Shown: positions 13,095 through 24,459 of the stretch, in pieces
Layout of the letters: every line of letters starts with the position of its first letter
Numbering within the stretch: position 1 is the first letter of the stretch
Assembly (NCBI GenBank): GCA_977862235.1
Contig: OZ374562.1
Span: 1,364,001 to 1,428,000, forward strand
Direction: 5' to 3'
Source of the DNA: Dudresnaya verticillata
Taxonomy: Eukaryota
DNA length: 64,000 nucleotides
Notes under the pieces: generated by a model
Told to the model about the DNA's origin: nothing
Database searches by the model: none
Seen by the model: only the letters and a program-made list of their open reading frames with translations
Position numbers and translations under genes: made by a program

Positions 13095-13265
13095 GAGAAG
13101 CGTGGAAACTCTCCGTCTACAGAGAAACTTCGCCTCACTACTTGTTTAGTCTCTTTAGTTCTCCAATGCGTCGCGGTGAGTGACAATCGCCGCAAGCTAG
13201 CACCACCACCTCTTTTCGGTAGCTCTGATTCCTAAGCCCCCTTAAAGAGCTTCTCTCTTGTTCTT
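13095..13265 (+). mobile_element. Short 3'-end fragment of a CRE-like non-LTR retrotransposon
   Basis: KRGNSPSTEKLRLTTCLVSLVLQCVAVSDNRR resembles MKGTSPMFEKLSLLTHLTSLVLQSVAVAVNRR (ORF 14788-15132). It is followed by taagccccctta, as in that element's 3' UTR. Confidence 0.75.
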
Positions 13266-13851
13266 CAATAAAGGTATCTCTCTGATGAGAAGACACGAAA
13301 GTAGTGGCTGTGGAAGCTTTCAGTTTAGTCTGGAGGGTCAGTAGAGCCGTCCACAGTTTACCATTTGACATGTACTTGTTATCTTACCTTCACTATCCGA
13401 CATTGCGAAAAGCGAAACCGCCCCGCCTCGCAATGCCGAATCAAATGCTTGGCGGGTGACGGTCCAGATCGAAAAGCGTGAGCGAGCATGCTCGTGTGAC
13501 GAGCGCGAGCCGGTTTAGCCCAGCCAGGTTGTGCGTCGATGCCTGCGGGGACGTTTATGTATAACAGACAACGGTATTGCTACAGGTGCTTCAGATTGCA
13601 CATCCCCAATGGCGTTCTAACCGACACACACAGCTGTAGCCCACATTAGTACTTTACCTACTTTAGTAGTGCAATCCATCGTTATCGATATGAGATCGGC
13701 TAGATGTTCTGGTATGGCTAACAACTGTATAGTAATGCAAGAAGTTAGTATTGCAACAACAACTGTGATACGCAGTATATAGGAAACTAAAAGGGCCGAC
13801 GAAAATGGACTGCTCGGTACCGAAGAACGTACCAAGACCTACCGAATATCT

Positions 13852-13958
13852 GATCTATGACAGGAGGTCCAAGTGCTCCAGAAGCCTCCTTACCATTCAT
13901 TTGAGAAGCGATCTATGACAGGAGGCTCCAGAAGCCTCCTTACCATTCATTTGAGAAG
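13852..13958. repeat. Short tandem duplication (~50-57 bp)
   Basis: gatctatgacaggagg...ctccagaagcctccttaccattcatttgagaag occurs twice. Confidence 0.85.
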
Positions 13959-15243
13959 TTGCGGATCAGGGGGTGATAATCACAGACACAATCAAAGGTA
14001 ATCCTATAATCAATGACGAAGATGAGATCACCCCGGCGGTTGCAGAGCTCATCACTAACCCTGTGAATGTCGATGACGCTGAGAAACAAAACTCTGCTGA
14101 CGCTGGAGAGGAGCTCATTGAGCAGTTCAACCAAGGAGCCCAGAAGTTGACTCTAAAAGAGCCTAAAGAGATTAAAATGTCTGTGGATGCCGCAGGGGCT
14201 GCGTCTGGACTCCTCCAGGAGGAAGACGTGGGTGCGCTAGACCTGGCTGCCTTGCAGAGCATGGTGTTCTCCTTGAACACTAGAATGACTACCCTTGAAG
14301 ATGGCGTCGCTCGAGAGTTCCTTCGTATTAATGCGATTTTGGCATCTTTCCGCTCTGAAGTGTCTGTCAAGTTGGACAAGGCAATAAGGGATCTATAAGA
14401 AAAGATCGCGGAATACATGGACAATGGAGGTGTGAACCCAGATGATATCGCTGTGATAACCAAAGAGACACCAGTTGGGGTGGTGGGATCTGTTGCTGCG
14501 GTGTCGGCACCTCGAGCTGTCTCCACACCACTGTTGAGGATGGTCGGGCTGTGTAAGCCCGAAAGGAAGAGGCGTTGATTAACGAATCTGTCATGTGATG
14601 ATAAAGTTTACTCAACAAAGTTTATAGTGCACTTGCCTCGGCGTCAACGGCCTATTGGAAAGCACAATACATCTGTCATGTGATGATAAAGTTTACTCAT
14701 TTGTTATGTGGGTGGTTGCCATTTAAGAAAAAAAGAGATGGACACCTTTATGCATAGGAAAGACTACAGCCCCGTAAGGGGGCTTATCTAAAACTCATCT
14801 GAAAGGCGACGGTCGAAGAGTAAACGGCGGTTAACAGCCACCGCGACAGATTGAAGTACAAGAGAGGTGAGGTGGGTGAGAAGAGATAGTTTCTCAAACA
14901 TCGGCGAAGTACCCTTCATAGTAGCTAGGAAATTCGCCACGCGCTGAGCGCCTCGATCGAAGCCAGAACCAATGGCACCATAGATGTCCATCATCATAGG
15001 ATGGAGATCTATCCGGTTGGTAGAACATAAGCGACGATAATGACGGGCTTGCGCTTGCCCGCGGCGGTGAATAGCTTGATGTTGAGAGCGAGGCGTGTTG
15101 GACAGTGTAGTTGGATGGTGTGGGGTCACCACGGAGACGTCAAACGCTTACGGGAGGGGGCGAACGCAGGATCATCAATATAGAGATCCATACGAAGATG
15201 GTCACGTCGGTCTTCTTCGAAACGGTCTTCAGCACTTTGTAAT

Positions 15244-15462
15244 TGTCAAAAGCAGTAACAACTGCAGTGCGTCACTCAATCGAGATGCACACGAATTTGG
15301 CCTTCACCAAATTCGGAGGTAACCAAATGTAGGAGTTACCCTTTGTAGTATTGAAGCTTTAGAGAGTTTGGCTACCCACGAGTAGTATAAGTTACCTCGC
15401 ACATTGAAGTGAATAGAGGTAAACACAAGTAAACAACCAAGCCAACTTCTCAACTCTCAACA
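15244..15462 (+). repeat. 5' LTR of copia
   Basis: 219-bp direct repeat of 19727-19944. Confidence 0.96.
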
Positions 15463-15472
15463 GGTTATGGGC
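15463..15472 (+). promoter_or_regulatory. Primer binding site complementary to the anticodon arm of initiator tRNA-Met (half-tRNA priming)
   Basis: GGTTATGGGC lies immediately after the LTR CA; same type as the Drosophila copia/Ty5 PBS. Confidence 0.85.
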
Positions 15473-15534
15473 AACTAAAAGCTACTGTGCTACGCTGAAT
15501 TGTCTCCTCTGTGCTACTGACCGCCAGTACCACG

Positions 15535-18500
15535 ATGACGGAGCCCCTAGACACCGTGGATACCAGTCGCTATCACATTGAGCGTCTTAACTCTACCAAC
15601 TACTACCGCTGGTCCCGCAAGGTCGAACTGGTTCTCCGCGGCAACGGTCTTTGGACAATCGTCAGTGGATCTGAACTCACACCCGAAGACCCTATCGAGC
15701 AGGCCAAGTACCTCCGCCGGCGCGATTCGGCGTTGAGCAACATTCTCCTCACCATTGATGATTCCTGTAATGCTGCCGTCATTGACCTCCGAGACCCGAC
15801 CGAAGTCTGGACACAACTACAGACTACCTACCAGGCTATCTCCGAAGCGTCAGTCGACACATACCTCGAGCAGTACCAGGTTCTCAAGATGAGGACCGAC
15901 GAGAAAATCGTCCAGTATGTCAACCGCCTTCAGGAACTCGAGAGCAAATTGTCCGGTGTCGGACACACTGTTTCCGAAAGCGACAAGAAGCGAGCCCTGC
16001 TTCGCGGCTTGACCGAGGACTACAGTGTTCCTGTGCAAGTCATCCGTGCCATGAAACACGACCGTCAAGTTGCAATTGGCATGCTTGTCTCTCACGATAT
16101 GTCATTGCCGCCTCGTGACACCGATATGTCCTCCGCGGAAGACTCCTCCGCCCTTTCTGCTCAACATGCCAAGAAATGTACCCACTGCGGTCGAAAGGGG
16201 CATATCAAGTCGGAATGTTTCCACAACCCCGAGAGTCCGAGGTATCGCCCCAACCCCACCCATCGGGGTAACCACGACACGTATAGCACTCGTCGAACCC
16301 GTGGTTCGCATTCAAGGAGTTATGGAAGATCTCGTGACAAACGAAGCGACAAGGACGACACCTCTGAAAACGTAGGCTCGAGCTACATCATCTTTATTGC
16401 TACATGCCTCACCTCTCGATCCGGCTCTGCGCTAAAGCTTAAGGACAAGTGGTTCCTCGATTCCGGGGCCACTTCAAACATGTGCAACAACGAAACGTTC
16501 TTCAAAGATCTAAGCTCAAATGGAACAGACGCCTCGGTTTCCGTCGGAGATGGAACCCAGACTCAAGTCAAAGGTGTAGGCACAGTTCGAGGTCGTGCGA
16601 AGTTTGATGGCATGACCCAGTCCGTTCGTATGCAGGACACACTTTTCATCCCTGATCTCATGTGCAACCTCATCTCTGTGAGCAGGCTCCGCCGTGCCGG
16701 TTTCAGAATCCACTTTGACACTGATAACCAGGGAAACGGAATCTGTGTCGTTTCCCGTGCTGGCACTTCAGGAATCTTCCTCAAAGGAACCGAGCGGTGT
16801 GACGGGCTTTATGAAATCGACATGCTGCCTGAAGACCTCGCTCTACTCACGAAGGAAGAAGAACAAGACCTCTGGCATGCCCGTCCTGGACATGCGAGCA
16901 AAGGGACCATTGAAAAGACTATCCCCATCGTCAACGGCATCTCGCTCAAGCATTGTACCAAGATTTCTATCTGCGAACCATGCCAGACCGGTAAGTCCAC
17001 TCGCGACTCCCGCCCGCCCTCGCGCTCTGACAATTTAAACCCCCTAGACCTTGTCCACGCAGATATCATCGGACCCGTGAGAGACCCTTCCCTCAACGGG
17101 TCTCGCTACTGTATGCCATTTTCTGATGACGCTAGCGGGCTGTCTCTCGTTCGCTTCATGAAATCAAAGAAGCCGGCTGCCGAATGCATCAAGCACATGA
17201 TTCTCGAACTGGAGAAAATCTTCCGTGGCAATATCAAGCGCATTACCGTCCGCCGTCTTCGCACAGGTAACGGTAAAGAATTCCTCTCCGGACCCTTCAA
17301 GAAATGGTTCGCCGACAAAGGTATCATCCACGAACGCAGTGCTTCGTACTCTCCGGAATCTAATGGAAAGGCCGAACGCCTCAACCGCACCCTCATGGAC
17401 ATGGCACGTACACTCTTACAGGAGGTTTCCCACCTCAAGTGTCATGACCGTTTATGGGCTGAAGCCATGCACACCGCGAACTACATCCGCAACCGGCTCT
17501 TCACGACTGCTTGCAACGACCCTGACAAGACGCCGTACGGAGTCATTGTTGGAGAGCGCCCTGATATTTCTCACTTTCGCGCTTTCGGCGCGGTCTCCTA
17601 CGTGCACGTCCCGAAGCCACGGCGCTCTGGAAAATTCGTTGCGCGTGCAAAGAAGGGGGTTCTGGTCTGCTATGATAGCGGGAACAGCTACAAGGTCTAC
17701 ATTCCGACTGAGAACAAAGTAATCACCTCCCGAGATGTCACTTTCGATGAAACACAACGCTATGGTCAGTCTCGCTCTGATCGTGCCGCTACCTTCAAGT
17801 CTGGACGACCCTCTAACGTTTCCTTCAACGTGGATGAGGATGATGATGACTGCCCTTCTCTGCTTGGCAGTGAAGACGACAGCGCCTCCGAGACAACGGA
17901 TGACGATTCCAGTGATGAAACCGATTCTGACGACGACTCTGACGATTCTTCGGGCGAAGACGAAGACAATTTCCATGATGCGCAGGATAATCCATCTCCC
18001 GCACACAATCCGGACGATGTCACCCATTTTCCCAATGCCACGCGCTCCGGTCGCATCTCAAAGCCGCCTACGCGCTACACGGACCTCACCGCCATCGCTC
18101 TAAACGTCCGCCTCGGAAATGATGACAGTACTGTGCCAACGACATACAGTGAGGCTGTCAAGGGACCTCACGCACCTGAGTGGCAAGATGCCATGCAGAA
18201 CGAGATCGATGAGCTCAACCAAAATGGAACTTGGGTTCTCGAAGCACGACCATCCAGCATCCAGCCAGTCAAGAACAAGTGGGTCTACATGAACAAGTTC
18301 GATGCTGCAGGTCTTCTCACTCGTCGTCGGGCGCGCCTCGTGGAGAAAGGCTTTACGCAAAAACACGGCATAGACTACAACGAGACTTTCGCTCCTGTTG
18401 CAAGGTACTCCACGCTGCGCTTCATCCTGGCTCTCGCAACTGATGAGGAGTTGGCTCTTCTGCAGTTGGATGTCAAGGCAGCCTTCCTGAACGACGAACT

Positions 18501-19713
18501 CGATGAAACATTCTACATGGAGTAACCAGAAGGATTTGTAGACCCTTCAAGATCTAAGTGGGTCTATCGTCTGCTCAAGGCCCTGTATGTTTCGAAACAA
18601 GCATCCCGGGCCTGGCATCGCGTCGTGGATAGGCTTCTTACCTCTTTGGGGTTTACCAAATCGAAATCCGATTCCACTCTCTACATCCTCCACATTCGCA
18701 ACAAAACGATTTACCTGCTTGTCTACGTCGATGACATGCTGCTTGCTTGTCCATCTCGCCGCGATCTTACCACAGTCGCCAACCGCATCGCCGCACATGT
18801 ATCAATTCGAGTCGAAGATGATGTATCGAAGTTCCTGGGAATCATCATCGAACGCAATCTCCAGCTCAGCACGTTGAAGATCCGCAGTGCCCTGATGATT
18901 GATCAGCTCACCGAGAAGTTTGGAACGTCACAGTGCCGTACAGCAGACGTCCCGATCCCTCCGGGGATGGTCTTAGATTCTCCACCTCTCCTACAGTCTC
19001 GGGACGAGGGGGAGTACCGGCGCATGCAGTTCGTGCCATACCGCGAACTAGTCGGCGCATTACTTCACTTGGCCAACACGACCCGCCCCGACATCGCCTT
19101 CGCCACCTCTTTCCTTGCCCGGTTTATGCAGGATCCCCTGGTGATGCACTGGAAAGCGGCCAAACAGCGCTATCTGAAGAATACAAGGGACCTAGGCATT
19201 GTGTATCATCGCGCCGCTAAACAGGGAACAACGCTCCTGGGCTACACTGACTCCGATTTCGCAGCTGACCGATTCGAGCGCAAGTCAGTGAGTGGCTTCG
19301 TTTATCTCTTTTCTGGTGGAGCTATCTCTTGGCGATGTAAGAAACAGGATGTGGTAGCACAGTCTACAGTAGAGGCTGAGTATATCGCCCTGTCCTACGC
19401 AGTTCGAGAAGCCATCTGGCTACGCCGGATACTTGCCGAGTTTGACTGCACTTCGTCTAGTAGCATTGACGTGCTAATTCGGGGCGACAATCAGGGAGCC
19501 TTAGAGCTGGCGAAGAACGATGTATGCAACGACCGCTCCAAGCACATCGATGTCAAGTATCATCTTCTTCGAGACCATGTTCGCAATGGAACCATCAAGC
19601 TGCTGTACGTGCCTACGAAAGAGATGGTTGCCGACATCATGACGAAGTCTCTCAACGCGAAGAAGCACACCCACTTTGTCCAACGCATGGGCCTACGCGA
19701 AACAGACGCTTGA
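15535..19713 (+). pseudogene. Copia gag-pol (Gag, CCHC, protease, integrase, RT, RNase H) with an in-frame stop at 18523-18525
   Basis: CTHCGRKGHIKSEC, WFLDSGA, NGKAERLNRT, YVDDML, ADIMTK. YME*PEGF continues in frame to 19713. The integrase reads RTGNG where RTDNG is expected. Confidence 0.93.
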
Positions 19714-19726
19714 GGACGAGGGGGAG

Positions 19727-19944
19727 TGCCAAAAGCAGTAACAACTGCAGTGCGTCCTCAATCGAGATGCACACGAATTTGGCCTTCACCAAATTCGGAG
19801 GTAACCAAATGTAGGAGTTACCCTTTGTAGTATTGAAGCTTTAGAGAGTTTGGCTACCCACGAGTAGTATAAGTTACCTCGCACATTGAAGTGAATAGAG
19901 GTAGACACAAGTAAACAACCAAGCCAACTTCTCAACTCTCAACA
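19727..19944 (+). repeat. 3' LTR of copia
   Basis: 218-bp repeat of the 5' LTR. Confidence 0.96.
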
Positions 19945-20958
19945 GTAATTGACGGGCATCACGACGCCTTTCTGAAGCAGTGCGTGCAGAAGACGCCACA
20001 ACTCGGGAATCCCCAGTCTCCTCTAGGTAAGAAAAGTTACGTTCAAGCTGAACAGTAACGCCATGGTTCCGAGCAGTATTACGAAAGAAAGCCCCAAGTT
20101 GATTTCGGAGGGTATCATGGCGGCGAATGCTGCCAGTTCCAGATCGACATATTGTCGCATGGTGTCCAAAGATATCAAGGAGTGGAACTTCAGCGGATGT
20201 GCCATGGAGACAAGCAGGACAAGGGCGATCAACACGGAAGATCGCCACACCCAGTCTGAGATTGAGCATGGTGAGCCATATGTCGGATTGCACGCGGGTA
20301 GAAGAAGATGCATATGGGAGGGCACTGAAAGGGCGGCTAGAGTTGACAGTAGAGGTAGACTGAATCCGTACTCGGGCACGAGAGCTATGCTGAGCAGTCA
20401 TCTGGGACATGGGGTCGTGGCGCAATTTTCGTTGAATGTAGGGAAGAAGATCTTGGGACAAGGCGGGAACAACATCATTGCCTATGGAAGATGCGGTCGA
20501 TAAGATAGAAGAAACACTGCATTTGTCACGATCTTCACGGAGTAGTTGCTGTTCGCGAACGTTATGAATAGACGGGGCGACGAAATGGTGTAAAGTAGGA
20601 GAATCAAAAAGTACCAGGCATCGGGTGCAGGCGAGCGAGGACAGGACGGAGGTGATATAGCTGCAGTAGGCAATGTGACGGGCATTGGTAAGACCTAGTC
20701 CACCGTGTCGCATGGGAAGCGAAACCAGATCCCAGGATTCATCCGACAGTCGAAAGTGTGTGTGTTCAAACACTCCACACATTCCACGGTCATTTGTTAA
20801 CGAAATGGCTTGGATTAGTTGCAGGGGAGTGCATCGCAGTATGAAAGCTTGGAAGTTCCAGCACAGTAGCGTAATAAATGAAAAACGAGTTGAGGATCAT
20901 TAAGCTGCTTCAGTCGGGCCCAGAAATATTGGATGGGCTCATGCTTAGTTCGTAGATG

Positions 20959-21336
20959 TGATATACCGGTTTTGTCCTTCTGCCCTGTGCAGTAGCAGCA
21001 CTTAGTTGCTCCCATAGAATAAGTCTTGACCGACCTGCTGGAAGAAACATACAGTAGACTTCCGTTCCGATGATGCCGATGCCCCTTTACTATGCTAACC
21101 AGGGGGCTATTTATACCGATATTCGATACTGACTTTGCAGCCCGCTGGCCGTGTACCATAGTACTCACCATGATCTTTTCTCACCCTGACATGTGAGCCC
21201 AATCTTTGACAGTTGACCTCAATTTGGCCAGTTGACCCACCTGCATTCATAAGTAGTTAGTAGTGATTTCCCCCAACCATTATCCCTCATCAGTCCATGT
21301 AACTACTATCGCTTCAGTCCGGAACCGTTTCTAACA
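20959..21336 (-). mobile_element. Solo LTR (378 bp) inserted in the CRE RT region
   Basis: TG...CA ends; flanking direct repeat tagatg (20953-20958 / 21337-21342); TATAAATAG on the minus strand near 21110. Removing it restores KGCLQHL-RTKHEPIQYFWARL. Confidence 0.78.
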
Positions 21337-21826
21337 TAGATGTTGTAAACAGCCCTTAGTACTGCCAATAGGGGCGCCCAGAACTGTGATAAAAGCATGA
21401 TTGTTGATAGGACAACCCAGGGAGTTTGAACGAGAAACACGACGGGACGATAACGAAGGCCACCAAGCTTCTGTTTTCCCCACTACCATGTGCAGATTGA
21501 AGCCAATTTTGGGGCCTTGGGCCTTGAAAAACTGGATGACATCGAAAGTAATAGAACGGGGAACAGCAACATGAATGTCATCAGCATATGCAGCAAGAAG
21601 TTTGACGGAGGCGAACGTAGAGAGCATGTTGAGGAGCCAGGGATGAATCGCTAGCAAAAAGTAGCATGCTCAACGGATCACCCTGCTGTGTATCTGTCCG
21701 ACTGAACAACTGAAACGGACCAAATAGGAGAACGGGGTCAGTCGAGAAAAGGAAATGCACAAACTTTGCAATGCAAGGAGCTCTTTCGATAACTTCACTG
21801 AGAATAAGAGAACGCTCAACACAGCC

Positions 21827-22680
21827 AAGAAAAAAAAGAAAAAAGAAAAAAGAAAAGAGATGAGATGGGGACCTTTATGCATAGGAAAGACTACAGCCCC
21901 GTAAGGGGGCTTATCTAAAACTCATCTAAAGAGATTAGAACGATTCGAGAATTCGAATGCCTGTCGGTGGACAAGTGGTGCAGTCTTTGCTTATCTTCGG
22001 ACCCTACCATAAAGTTCCCCATCTCTAGCTTAACTCATTTTTTAGATCATCAGACGGGCATCGCACCGCAACCATTCCCAGCGCTGGTGAGCAGTGGACG
22101 GAGACGAAGGCACTCACTAACAACGGGTGGATTCCGGAATTTACACTCGGGCACTCGGCCTCTCTCTTGGCCAATGAGGAGATTAAGTATGACGGCAGTG
22201 TCTACTGCTGGTCAAATATTGACGGTCGGGAAACCCCTCAACACTTTACCATTTGTCGTCTACTTGTAATTTGACATTCGGCATCCGACATTGTGTGAAG
22301 CCAGAGCTTGGCAGTTGACGATCCCAATTGAAAATCGTGTGCAAGCATGCTCTTGTGCTGAGCACGAGCCGGTGGAGCATAGCCGAGTTGCGCCCAGACC
22401 AGCCGAGTTGTGCATTGAAAGCTGCGGGGGTGGGTACCGACCACACAACCATTCCGAGCGCATGTGGCCAGTGGATGGATCATGGCTAACAGTAGAGAGA
22501 TGGGGAACTTTATGGTAGGGTTCGAAGGGCACTAGGTCGAACGGTCTACTCAAGGACCTACCTGAAGGGCAAGACGACGGCGATTGATTGACTAACAGCA
22601 GCCGCAACCACAGCCCTCCTTCTGACAAGTAGCGGTGGAGTGGTGTCAAACGCGATTCCTGAATCGCCACCATTCGTCAC
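21827..22680 (-). mobile_element. Second CRE-family 3' end (tail + ~65 bp shared 3' sequence) with unrelated upstream sequence; possible deletion derivative
   Basis: acctttatgcataggaaagactacagccccgtaagggggcttatctaaaactcatct is shared with 14744-14800; long (T/TTTTC) tail. The 5' boundary is a guess. Confidence 0.6.
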
Positions 22681-22800
22681 AGTTCCCGAACCCACCGAGT
22701 AATTATTTCCCTTTAGTCCGTCCGAGCGCGAAAGAATAGTTCAATGCGTGAAGATTCCCCTACTTCTACGTCTAGAGTGGTCGCATAATTTCTAAACTAG

Positions 22801-24459
22801 TCAAGCTATCTTCAAACACTTCAGTTTGAATTCGTGTTGGATTCCATATGTAAATGTTCCAGGAGGACAAGGTGTGCAAAGTTTGCTACGAGTCCGAGGC
22901 GCGAAGCTACCTGCCAGACACGATCTGCAGCTCGTCCTTCCTCTCCATGGGTTATACAAACCAGCCGGACAGCTGGTGCACACAGCCGGCCCGTGTTCAC
23001 TTCCGTTATTGAAAGTTCCTGGAGGGCATGATACGCACCTGCCGTTCTTTAGCTGCTTTCCACGCGCATTCGCTCCAGAGCAAACGCACTTGGATAAGTC
23101 CTTGTCGCTGGCAACAAATCCGTTGGGACACTTCCGGCATTTTGACTTCCCACCCGAGCTTACGTGACGTAAAGAGCATTTTTTACAGAAGCCCTTCGAC
23201 TTCCCTTCTCCAACTTCACACGATCTGCATTCCCCACCACTGCTCAAGAACTCGTCCACCTCACAGCTCTTCTGGACGCATTTTACGCTCCAGCCCTTCA
23301 CACGCCTGGAAAACCCTGGTGGGCAGTTGGTTTTCGGGTCGACGCACCGCCACGAGTACTTCACCAACCCAGGCGGGCAGGTTTTGCATTCAGTGTTTCC
23401 TGCATCCATCCTCCCAACAGTCTCTCCTGGGCATCTCTCGCATTCCACTCTACCTGCAACATCAGTAAAGGTTCCACTACGACACTTTTCACAGCTCCTC
23501 CCCACCAAGTCGAATGTTCCTGCAGGGCATTTGGTGCATATTCCATCTTTCCGGATGCTTCCATACTGACACAAGCAGTACCCAGCGCCGAATGAGGGCG
23601 TTTCTCCTGGTGGACATGGTTCGCATTTCGTGGAGGTCCCACCAGGGCTGATTTGTCCTAGTGGGCAATTCTCGCACACGCCTTTCGTAGGATTCAAGGC
23701 TGAACCAGGCCTGCAGAATAGACAGTCCCCGTTCTGTTTCTCCAAGTGCCCCGGAGGGCATGGACCACCATCCTTTCGACAGAAAGATGCCCCGGGGCCC
23801 GTAGTATTGAACCCAGGTGGGCAATCCCGGCAGCCGTTGTAAAAAGCTATCTTGAAAACCGGGCATGTTGTACAAGTCCACGAATCGCTATTAGAGAGAA
23901 AAGAACCTTGTGGGCAAGGCCTCACGCACTTCCCAGACGGTTCATGCCACTGTGACCCCCCAGGACAGTCACATCTTCTATAACTAAATACCTTCGGAGG
24001 GGTACACAGTCTGCATTCTGCGACAGATGCAGCACCTTCCTCTGACGTGGCACCGACTGGGCATTTCTTGCAGGTATTCCCCGAGAGAAACGTACCTCGC
24101 TTACACGGGGTGCATCCGTACGGAAGTGCCCTATTTCCCGGAGGACAGGAAAAGCACGAATACAAGCTTCCAAAACTGCGCTGCCCTGGAGGGCACGTTT
24201 GACAAGAAGTGGCACCTTCTGTCTTCCCGGTGGTGTTGATGGGACAAGGGCGACAGAAATCCCGGGCTGATGCGCCACTATTAGCATTGAACGTTCCGAC
24301 GTGACATTTTCTGCATGATGTCGAACCTTTGCCCGCCGAGTAGGTACCGGGAGGGCATTTCTTGCAGGAAGATCCATCATCGAAAGAACCTCGTGAACAC
24401 CGTCGTTTTGCCTCACTCAATGTCAGCAACAGTAGCACAAGGAAGGTTCATCTGAGCAT
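22801..24459 (-). pseudogene. Secreted cysteine-rich repeat protein (GCC2/GCC3, ephrin-receptor-like/TNFR-like CxxCPxG repeats); nonsense codon at position 4
   Basis: Many CxxCPxG repeats over 545 codons. The in-frame upstream ATG at 24459 gives MLR*TFLVLLLLTLSEA, a signal peptide interrupted by TGA at 24448-24450. Confidence 0.8.

Larger units (their letters stand above)
15244..19944 (+). mobile_element. Full-length Ty1/copia LTR retrotransposon
   Basis: LTRs 15244-15462 and 19727-19944 (TG...CA, 3 differences); 5-bp TSD gtaat (15239-15243 / 19945-19949); PBS ggttatgggc; PPT gaggacgagggggag. Confidence 0.97.
14725..21826 (-). mobile_element. 5'-truncated CRE-like non-LTR retrotransposon (RT + CCHC + restriction-like endonuclease), interrupted by a copia and a solo LTR
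   Basis: RT motifs QQGDPLS, YADD, LGAPIG, LLRYC, LP.RHGGLG; zinc motif CPAC...GHHATIC...RHD; REL-type RMDL...FDVSVVTP; T-rich tail at 14725-14735. Reading frames rejoin across both insertions. Confidence 0.85.

Noticed and set aside
13973..14398. Endogenous viral phosphoprotein-like ORF
   Set aside because: Only compositional resemblance (acidic plus coiled coil); no diagnostic motif or neighbouring viral genes.
14590..14700. Box C/D snoRNA or U2-like target site
   Set aside because: GTGATGA is present but there is no matching D box or convincing U2 similarity.
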